Shown here in pieces: positions 49,315-56,444 of a stretch of DNA of 56,444 nt (the first letter of the stretch is position 1; every line of letters begins with the position of its first letter). The position numbers and the translations under genes are program-made. Source of the DNA: a virus (Duplodnaviria > Caudoviricetes); the IMG/VR virus record IMGVR_UViG_3300042319_001750, positions 1 through 56,444 of that record. One strand, written 5' to 3'. The notes beneath the pieces are model-generated. The model worked only from the letters and a program-made list of their open reading frames with translations. It was not told the origin of the DNA and searched no databases.

Positions 49315-50082
49315 TCAGGATTTAGCTCGACGGACAACCCGTGGAGAGGCGGCAGCATTAACCTCGGTCTTGGGCTCCGTGTCAACCTTGACGACTTCGG
49401 GGGTGACTTCGGGGGTGGCAACCTCAGTGACTTCAACTGGGGGCAGGTAGGCCCGGTCACGGGGAGTCTCCGTCAACGGGACCAGCGTGACAGCCCGGCC
49501 CCAAGTCCGCGGGATCACCACCTCGACGGTGGAAGGGGCGTCAACTGCAGTGTCAGAGCAATAAAATAGAGAGGACTCCCGATGAAAAGGAGTCAGTTGA
49601 CTGCCGTGAGCAAGGTGGACAGGAGGGGAGGTGCCTCGGAAGCAGGGGCACTCCCAAGCCCGTAGGCGCTTAAAGGCTCCTGACCGGTAGACTCCGGTGG
49701 TATGCAGATTCTGCGCTCCAATAAGGAGCGAGGTGGCGAACCGCAAACTATCTTCAATTCGGCTCAGCCAACCCGGACCCCCTACGATCGTGGCACCGGG
49801 GTCAAGCCAAAGAGTGTCAGGATGTGGGTTGCGAAAATAAGTCACCCACAAAAAGTTGTGCGGGTGGGCCATCAGCGACATTGACACCGATGACAGCGTC
49901 ACTCCCCCGAACTTGGTTTTGAGGCGTGCGTCAGCGGAGAACTTTTCCGCTATAGGCAGGCACTCGGCAGCCGTCAGGATGTAAAGCTGGTGGCCTTCCC
50001 CGGGGGTTGAAGTGCTCAACATCTTGAGCAACGCGGGTAGATGGGGGATGGTGTCAGGGGAGACGGGGATGGTCAGTCGCAT
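49315..50082 (-). CDS. hypothetical protein, degenerate GT-A-like
   Basis: LWLDPG segment; weak. Confidence 0.45.
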   Translation of the reverse strand: MRLTIPVSPDTIPHLPALLKMLSTSTPGEGHQLYILTAAECLPIAEKFSADARLKTKFGGVTLSSVSMSLMAHPHNFLWVTYFRNPHPDTLWLDPGATIVGGPGWLSRIEDSLRFATSLLIGAQNLHTTGVYRSGAFKRLRAWECPCFRGTSPPVHLAHGSQLTPFHRESSLFYCSDTAVDAPSTVEVVIPRTWGRAVTLVPLTETPRDRAYLPPVEVTEVATPEVTPEVVKVDTEPKTEVNAAASPRVVRRAKS

Positions 50083-51146
50083 AGGTCCGACAGGTAGCTG
50101 CTGATGGGTGGGAGGAATTTCCGAAGTTTTATTTTACGAGCAGCCGCGCGTAGCGCAAGCGAAGGTTTTCGGAACAATCGGCGAGCGATAGCTTCGTCAG
50201 CCCATTCAGGGAAGCTCCTGAAGTTTTCTTCCAAAATGAAGCGGCGAGCATACTCTCGGTTAGACATCGTCAAGTCAGGCGCATACTTGCAGTAGTAGAA
50301 ACAGGCGTCGTCGATCGTGTCAAACCGCCGAGTAGCTCGGCCGGAAACCGTCACCCGCCACCCTCCCGGAGGAGTGGGCCAGTTGGCGTAGATTGCAGCC
50401 AAGATACCCTCAGCCTGAGCTTGCACGGCGCTGCCCCCAATGATTGGAAAACTCGAAGGAATCTCAGCCCAGTTGGTGAAGCAAGCATTTGACTCCGGCC
50501 GAACGTAGATGTTGTCGGGATTGCTGAGGCTGACCTCCGCGATCGTAGGCACGCGGGCTCCCTCGGCGACGGCCATCACGGGATTGTGGTTTCCAATGCA
50601 GAGGCAGGCGCTCAAGCAAGTGTCAAGAGTTGACCCGCCCCAGTCATCCGGGAGCCTGTGATCGACGGTCACTCCTTCAGGGATGAGGGGTTGAAAAGCG
50701 GTGTGCTCCTCAGAACTGCCAATAAAGATCAGGCGGTGTCGGTGCAGGGATGCCATCAATGCCCCCCAAGGAAACAGCGGGTTCTGTTGCAGGAGCGACC
50801 GGGATAGCACGACATGAGTCCCCGTTGCAGCTAGCCGTTCAAACCACGGCTTGGCGGCGTAGAGTCCGCAGTAGTATCTCATCTTCGTGAGCATGGCCCG
50901 ACCTTCCTGCTTGGATGAGTAGGGGCGCAAATCGAGCCCATACTGCTGTAGCGGAGGGAGCCCACGCTGGACGCTGCGAATCCACGGCATGCGGCCCGAG
51001 ATCGCCTTGATGCTGTCAAAGTAGTCGCGTGCGGCTGGTTCCCTGAGCGGGAAGTAGACGTGGTGAGGGCCCCCGGGAATGTGGGCAAGAATACCCATCG
51101 CATAAAACGCCTCATGTAGGCGACTGGCTGGGGATACGACTTTCAT
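50073..51146 (-). CDS. GT-B (family 9-like) glycosyltransferase-like protein
   Basis: LIFIGS.EE...ACLCIGN...MAVAEG..VPTI pattern. Confidence 0.5.
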   Translation of the reverse strand: MKVVSPASRLHEAFYAMGILAHIPGGPHHVYFPLREPAARDYFDSIKAISGRMPWIRSVQRGLPPLQQYGLDLRPYSSKQEGRAMLTKMRYYCGLYAAKPWFERLAATGTHVVLSRSLLQQNPLFPWGALMASLHRHRLIFIGSSEEHTAFQPLIPEGVTVDHRLPDDWGGSTLDTCLSACLCIGNHNPVMAVAEGARVPTIAEVSLSNPDNIYVRPESNACFTNWAEIPSSFPIIGGSAVQAQAEGILAAIYANWPTPPGGWRVTVSGRATRRFDTIDDACFYYCKYAPDLTMSNREYARRFILEENFRSFPEWADEAIARRLFRKPSLALRAAARKIKLRKFLPPISSYLSDLCD

Positions 51147-51147
51147 A

Positions 51148-52917
51148 TCAGAAGAACCTACGGGCGCGACCAGCTACATCAAGGCGCTTGAGTGCCTTCT
51201 TCAGCGAGGAGACCTGCTTGCCAGAAGCCGGGCGAGTGGCAGGACGTTCTACGGAGGAAAACCCCATGCGGGAACGACAGAGGTCTATGAGAATGAAAGC
51301 AGCATCAGCCAAGTCGGGGCTGAACCCGACACGGTCCTTCATGTCAATCTTGCGCTCAGCCCGGAGTAGTAGCTTACCCCCACCCTTGACGGTGTCGTAC
51401 TTGCGCGAGACCATTTCGCGGATCGTGGAAGCGTCAAGCCCGCTGAGTTGTTTAGCTCGGAGCAGCTCCTTGCCCGCGAACCACAGCTCAGAGACACGGT
51501 CATGGTATCTCTCATAGGAGGGGGACTTGTCAGATGAGGAGACAGGCACGTCTGAAGCACGCCCGCTGAAGTTGACCCGGAGGAATTCAGGCCCCCACAA
51601 CACAGCAAGCACGTCAGCAAAAGGAGCTCCACCAGCCGTGGCGTCGAGTGCGAAATTGCGAAGGGTCACCCCACGCTTGATGCACTCGTCTCGGACTTGT
51701 CGGCAGATTTGGTGAGTGCGGGGGTCTATTTTGTTGGTGACATCTTCCGAAATGAGGAGGACCTCATCAAAGTTGAGGTGCCTCGCACCACCAAACGTCT
51801 TACCGACTGTCCCAAAACGCAGGACACATCGGTCTCCGCCAGCGGTGAAAGCTACGTCAAGGGCGGCAACCCGGCTTTTAGGGCTGTCGTGAGACCACAC
51901 TGGCGAAGAAGTCCCCCCACCACGCTCAATTTCGATGTCAGAATAGATGCTGTCCTCCGCTCCGATCGGGCACCAGAATCCTTTCACCATTCGGTAGTAG
52001 GCGACGGACTTCTCACCTAGCTTGGCGGCTTCATCGAGGTCGTCCTGCTTCGCGAGAAACGGGTATTTAATGAACCCGAGAGTGATGTTGGGGCTGCGCT
52101 CCGCATCGAACCGAATGAACTGGCCGTGCTTGGTGCGCCACGAGTAGTCCATTTCAGTGACCGACGACCATCCGTCGAATGGCTCTGAGAAGCGGCCGTG
52201 GGGGTCGTAGTGCGAGTTGGGGTTCCCGATGCCAACCATCTTGAAGTCCTCGTTGCGGGCGAGGTTGGAGAAAGCAGTCGTCAAGATGCTGTCTGCGAGC
52301 TCAGGCAACTCGTCGGCTACCAGTCGAAGACGCGGTGCCTTGAAACCCATGAACTTGTTTTGCGCATCACGTTCCTTCTTGCGGTCAGATGCGACGAGGG
52401 TCAGTCCAAACTTGTCAGACTGGATACCATCAGCCTCAAACCGGATCACACCTTGCGAGGAGACCAGTTTACCGGGCAGCCCGGGGATCGCTTGGAAATA
52501 ATCCTCAACCGTGGACCAGATACGCTTGCGGCTATCCTTGAGGCTGGTGGAGGTATAGAGAACCTGCGTCGCGTGTGGGGCGCATAGCCACTCAATGAGC
52601 CCCCATACCGCAAAGAAGTCAGTCTTACCTGAGCTCGCGCAACCTCCGACTGACAGATATTTGTTGGTGCAAATGGCTTCGAGCATCTCCTCCGCCCACG
52701 GGTGCCAGACGAAGTGCTTGCTGGAGGATGGTTGGTTCCAGAGAAGGTCTACCGCCCTGCGAAAGTGATGAGGCTTGCCGGGAGAATCGGGAGCTCCTTC
52801 ACGATAGCAGAGAAGCTCGATGTCGAGGTCGCTGACTTCAGGGCCCCAGATCAATCCATAGACCTCCCGCTCGGAAGGAATTGAAGTTCGTGAATGTTTT
52901 TTCTTGACTGAGGCCAT
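51148..52917 (-). CDS. terL: terminase large subunit
   Basis: Walker A GCASSGKT, Walker B LVADE, GIGNP, RNase H ALDVA, SPDLADA. Confidence 0.9.
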   Translation of the reverse strand: MASVKKKHSRTSIPSEREVYGLIWGPEVSDLDIELLCYREGAPDSPGKPHHFRRAVDLLWNQPSSSKHFVWHPWAEEMLEAICTNKYLSVGGCASSGKTDFFAVWGLIEWLCAPHATQVLYTSTSLKDSRKRIWSTVEDYFQAIPGLPGKLVSSQGVIRFEADGIQSDKFGLTLVASDRKKERDAQNKFMGFKAPRLRLVADELPELADSILTTAFSNLARNEDFKMVGIGNPNSHYDPHGRFSEPFDGWSSVTEMDYSWRTKHGQFIRFDAERSPNITLGFIKYPFLAKQDDLDEAAKLGEKSVAYYRMVKGFWCPIGAEDSIYSDIEIERGGGTSSPVWSHDSPKSRVAALDVAFTAGGDRCVLRFGTVGKTFGGARHLNFDEVLLISEDVTNKIDPRTHQICRQVRDECIKRGVTLRNFALDATAGGAPFADVLAVLWGPEFLRVNFSGRASDVPVSSSDKSPSYERYHDRVSELWFAGKELLRAKQLSGLDASTIREMVSRKYDTVKGGGKLLLRAERKIDMKDRVGFSPDLADAAFILIDLCRSRMGFSSVERPATRPASGKQVSSLKKALKRLDVAGRARRFF

Positions 52918-52942
52918 AGTTGTTGTTTTTTACGACTCTGCC

Positions 52943-52971
52943 ACATTACTGCATGACCAAAACCAAGTCAA
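52943..52971 (-). promoter_or_regulatory. sigma70-like late-operon promoter overlapping the recombinase start
   Basis: TTGACT-17-TAATGT, about 25 nt upstream of the terL ATG. Confidence 0.6.
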
Positions 52972-53825
52972 CCAAACCAAAAACCGCCACCTCGACAGTT
53001 CAGGCATATCTGAAAAGTCATAGATTTGAGGGGCTCTCCATCCACCACATCCGCACGGTGCGCAAGCACATGGGCATTTTCGTGAAATACTTCAAGGAAG
53101 CGCCGCTGGAAGAAGTCACTCCAGAGGAAGTGCTCTGCTCCATGCCCAAAAACTGGGGGCAGACCTCGAAGGCCAACTACATTCGAGCGGTTAAGACTCT
53201 CGCTAATTGGGCGCGGGATAATGACTACCTACCTTACGACCGCCGCACATTTGCCGAGCGTATCAGGAAGCCGAAGGAGGTTCCATTGGAGCCAGAGTTC
53301 TTCACGACTGAAGAAATGCGCCGACTACTGACTGTGGCGGGTATGTTGGTTGGGGGAGAAGAAGAGTTTCTGTTGTCCCTGATTATCCTTGGGGGTTTCG
53401 CTGGACTACGCTCCAGCGAGATCGGACGTTTGCGGTGGGTAGACATCGACCTCCCTCACAAAGCCGTGAGGTTGACGCCGAAGATCACAAAGACATCGTC
53501 TCGTCGTATTGCACTGCTCCCTGACAACGGGGCTGCGTGGCTGGAACACATCAAGGATAAGTCGGGGTTCGTTGTTCCCCAACACCTTATCCCAAATTTG
53601 AACCGCTACATCGGCACACTCGCCAAAGAAGCTGGTGTGGAGTGGAAGAACAATGCCCTCCGCCATTCATACGTCACCTATGCCATGGCACAGGAGCGCG
53701 ATGCGTGGAAAGTAGCCGAGCAAGTGGGCAACTCACCCCGTGTTTTGCAAGCCCATTACAAAGGGCTTGTGCTCCTCCCAGACGCAGTTGAGTGGTTTGG
53801 TATCACCCCTGACAACACCCTATGA
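52953..53825 (+). CDS. tyrosine recombinase (core-binding plus catalytic domains)
   Basis: GLRSSE (R), TKT (K), NALRHS, VGNSP, AHY (Y). Confidence 0.9.
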   Translation: MTKTKSTKPKTATSTVQAYLKSHRFEGLSIHHIRTVRKHMGIFVKYFKEAPLEEVTPEEVLCSMPKNWGQTSKANYIRAVKTLANWARDNDYLPYDRRTFAERIRKPKEVPLEPEFFTTEEMRRLLTVAGMLVGGEEEFLLSLIILGGFAGLRSSEIGRLRWVDIDLPHKAVRLTPKITKTSSRRIALLPDNGAAWLEHIKDKSGFVVPQHLIPNLNRYIGTLAKEAGVEWKNNALRHSYVTYAMAQERDAWKVAEQVGNSPRVLQAHYKGLVLLPDAVEWFGITPDNTL

Positions 53826-54304
53826 AGACCATCATCGCAGTAGACCCCGGCCTTAGCGGCGGAATCGTAATCGGAGACAAGGACGAGGTAGCTCCTCACG
53901 CAGTCACTTCTATGCCTGACACTGAAGCGGATGTCGTAGAACTTCTGCGGGAGGCCGTGAACTCCAACTATGACAGGGGTTCTCTTGCCCTCGTCATTGA
54001 GAAGCTGCCCCTCTTCGTCTCCGTCCCCGGAGGCCGCGTCAGCGGAGCCAGCATGGCAAAACTCCACCGCAATGCGGGGCTCTTGACGGGCGCTGCATTA
54101 GCTCTGTCAATCCGCATCGTCGAAGTTGACCCCCATTCATGGCAGAAACATTTCCGCCTCGGCACCAAAGCCTCTGCCGGTGGATACACCGCTTGGAAGA
54201 ACGTGCTCAAGGGGGAGGCGCAGAAGCGTTTCCCGACCGTCAAAGTCACTCACGCAATCGCAGACTCACTCCTGATTTGGGAGTTCGCAAAAACCCTAAA
54301 ATGA
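53822..54304 (+). CDS. RuvC-like Holliday junction resolvase
   Basis: IIAVDPG, VIEK, WQK, IADSLLI. Confidence 0.8.
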   Translation: MKTIIAVDPGLSGGIVIGDKDEVAPHAVTSMPDTEADVVELLREAVNSNYDRGSLALVIEKLPLFVSVPGGRVSGASMAKLHRNAGLLTGAALALSIRIVEVDPHSWQKHFRLGTKASAGGYTAWKNVLKGEAQKRFPTVKVTHAIADSLLIWEFAKTLK

Positions 54305-56444
54305 AGAAACCATACCCACAGCAAGAGGCACATATTGAAGTGCTCGCCAACGTCATCAGCCGTCATAACGCGGCCCTTGACTCATCGAAGACAGGAACAG
54401 GCAAAACCCTATGTGCAGCCGAAGTGGCGAAGCGTCTGGGACTCAGTGTGTTTGTCATCGCACCCAAAGCCACGCTGGTAAACTGGTCCCGCGTTCTCAA
54501 GGAGCAGGGTGCTGGAGTCATCGGCATCATCAACTATGAGAAGCTCCGCACAGGGAAGTCGGGCTTCGGGGATTGGAAGAAGGGGTCGTTCTTTTACAAC
54601 CTACCTCCAAAGACGTTGGTGGTGTTTGACGAGGTGCATGCCTGCAAAGGGCACTACACACAAAACGCGAAGATGCTTATTGCATCCAAAACGCTGCCGA
54701 CGCTCATGCTCAGCGCAACCGCCTGCGAGAACCCTGTGGAGTTGCGGGCCATGGGATACCTGCTCGGGCTGCATTTCCTGAAGGACTTCTACGGGTGGGC
54801 TACACGATTTGGAGCCATGCCCAACGCTTGGGGAGCACTTGAGTTTATCAAGCGCCCCGGAAGTGACGCACATCTCGATCGGCTGCGCCGACTTATCTAC
54901 CCGTCGCATGGGAGCATGCTGACGAGAGAAGACTTGGCAGAGTTCTTCCCCAATGGGCAGATCATCTATGACCCTATTTCCTTTGGCAGCGCAGGAGAAA
55001 TCAAGAAGTTGCTCGATGAGTGCAGTGACGAGCTGCAAGCCATCTTTGAGAAGGAAGCCGAAGAGAAGATCACCTTAAAGGGCAACCCAGCCGAGGCCGT
55101 CGTCAAGCTGACGAGGGCTCGCCAGAAGGTTGAGCTTCTCAAAATGCCAGAAATTCGCCAGATGGTGCATGACCGTCTTGAAGAAGGGAAGTCTGTAGTG
55201 GTGTTTCTGAACTTCAACCAGAGTGTGCGCTACCTTTGCGACCTACTGGAAGAAGACGGGGTCACCGCTGGGAAGATTTGGGGCGAAGAGCCCCGCGTTG
55301 CGAAACGCCAGCAAGTGATTGACGCGTTTCAACAGGACGAGATTCATGTCCTCATCTGCAATATCGGAGCGGGAGGGACCGGCGTGAACCTGCACCACAC
55401 TGACTCGGCCGTCCGACCACGCGAGTCTCTCATCTCCCCGTGCTACAATGCGAAAGTAATGGACCAAGTCTTCGGACGCATTGACCGAGCAGGAGCAAAA
55501 TCTGACCCGATCAATCGCGTTCTCGTGGCGGCCGGGTCTGTCGAAGAAAAAGTTTTAGAATCTGTGCAAATCAAGATTGACAACATGAACCGGCTGCACA
55601 AGAAGTCGTTTATTACCACTATGCCAAGAACACCAACATACCCAACTCCCTCCAAAGAGGGTTCCATTGAAATCGACGCCACTGTCGTCGAATCCCCAGC
55701 CGAAGCTGCTGTTGCTTCACCAGCGCCCGCAGTTGAAATCCCCAAAGTGAAGCGTGAACGCAAGCCAAAAAAGGCTCCGGTCGAAGCAGAAGTAGCCGTC
55801 ACCCCACCAGCACCCGAGGTGACCACTCCAGAAGTGTCCCCAGCGCCTACCACAGGTGAAGATGCTGTGAAAAAGAGTGGTGAACGAGGACACGCTCCGT
55901 TCTCCCCTTCGCAACTTGATCCCTTGTCAATCTGCCCCGGCTACATGGGTGGCTCATCCAGTGCATCAGGCATGAAGGCCGCAGAGCAGGGCACTCGATG
56001 CCACGCTGCTTGTGAGACTGGGGACACGACTGGGCTCACCGACGAGGAAAAGATGCTTGTCGAAATGGCGATGGGCTACGAGGCCGATGTTACGGACGGG
56101 GCAGTCGAAGTGAAGCGCGAAATCTGTGTCGAGGTTTTCGATCAGTGGGGCTTCCTCGACACCCTCGCCATCAAGAAGGGCGGCAAGGCTGACATCGTTG
56201 ACTTCAAGTTCGGCATCATGCCCGTCCGTGAAGCGGAGAAGAACATCCAGATGAAAGCCTACACCTACGGCGTGTGGGTCATGTTCCCGAGCATCAAGGA
56301 AATCACTGTCCACCTCGTGCAGCCGAAGCTCGACTCTATTTCTTACCACACATGGGACAGAGATCGTGACATGGAGAAAATCGGTGAGGAGATCAAGCAC
56401 GTCATTGAGCGTGCCAAGCTGGCCCGCATTGACTTCTTCTCAGC
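54301..56444 (+). CDS. SF2 (SNF2-like) helicase fused to Cas4-like PD-(D/E)XK nuclease; runs off the window end
   Basis: Translated by hand: TGTGKT, FDEVH, LSAT, GTGVNL, QVFGRIDR, then HAPFSPS, GTRCH, GFLD, IVDFKFG, QMKAY in the same frame. Confidence 0.85.
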   Translation, partial: MKKPYPQQEAHIEVLANVISRHNAALDSSKTGTGKTLCAAEVAKRLGLSVFVIAPKATLVNWSRVLKEQGAGVIGIINYEKLRTGKSGFGDWKKGSFFYNLPPKTLVVFDEVHACKGHYTQNAKMLIASKTLPTLMLSATACENPVELRAMGYLLGLHFLKDFYGWATRFGAMPNAWGALEFIKRPGSDAHLDRLRRLIYPSHGSMLTREDLAEFFPNGQIIYDPISFGSAGEIKKLLDECSDELQAIFEKEAEEKITLKGNPAEAVVKLTRARQKVELLKMPEIRQMVHDRLEEGKSVVVFLNFNQSVRYLCDLLEEDGVTAGKIWGEEPRVAKRQQVIDAFQQDEIHVLICNIGAGGTGVNLHHTDSAVRPRESLISPCYNAKVMDQVFGRIDRAGAKSDPINRVLVAAGSVEEKVLESVQIKIDNMNRLHKKSFITTMPRTPTYPTPSKEGSIEIDATVVESPAEAAVASPAPAVEIPKVKRERKPKKAPVEAEVAVTPPAPEVTTPEVSPAPTTGEDAVKKSGERGHAPFSPSQLDPLSICPGYMGGSSSASGMKAAEQGTRCHAACETGDTTGLTDEEKMLVEMAMGYEADVTDGAVEVKREICVEVFDQWGFLDTLAIKKGGKADIVDFKFGIMPVREAEKNIQMKAYTYGVWVMFPSIKEITVHLVQPKLDSISYHTWDRDRDMEKIGEEIKHVIERAKLARIDFFS

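Noticed and set aside
52953-53825. Recombinase as the IntI for the attC-like array
   Set aside because: No visible IntI-specific insertion, and it is 38 kb from the array; not excluded without an HMM search.
55860-56444. Cas4-like domain as evidence of CRISPR adaptation
   Set aside because: Stand-alone Cas4-like nucleases are common in phage replication modules; no cas1 or array.

Overview
The window is most of a dsDNA tailed-phage genome with a podovirus-like layout: portal, scaffold, capsid, internal or ejection proteins including a 4537-aa giant, and no tape measure or sheath. A Verrucomicrobia/PVC-like host is inferred from the recombinase motifs, Ig-like tail domains and SD-less translation starts; this is not proven. 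Layout: (i) 1-16.1 kb, + strand early/accessory region with a MoxR AAA / HExxH / vWA triad, many small ORFs and a CAT tRNA; (ii) 16.2-52.9 kb, mostly - strand late block with terminase, glycosyltransferases, portal, scaffold, MCP, lysis cassette, tail and internal proteins; (iii) 52.95 kb to the end, + strand tyrosine recombinase, RuvC-like resolvase and an SF2 helicase fused to a Cas4-like nuclease. Two non-coding systems stand out. The first is an array of three integron attC-like hairpins plus a half-site at 13995-14960, oriented antisense to the genes, with gene starts and stops built into the sites. The second is ten copies of a 21-bp palindrome (CTTRGAACYTSAGGTTCYAAS) at gene junctions across the first 9.8 kb; three copies extend to a 13-7-13 recombinase-site-like form. 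All product calls come from motifs read by eye; no database searches were run.
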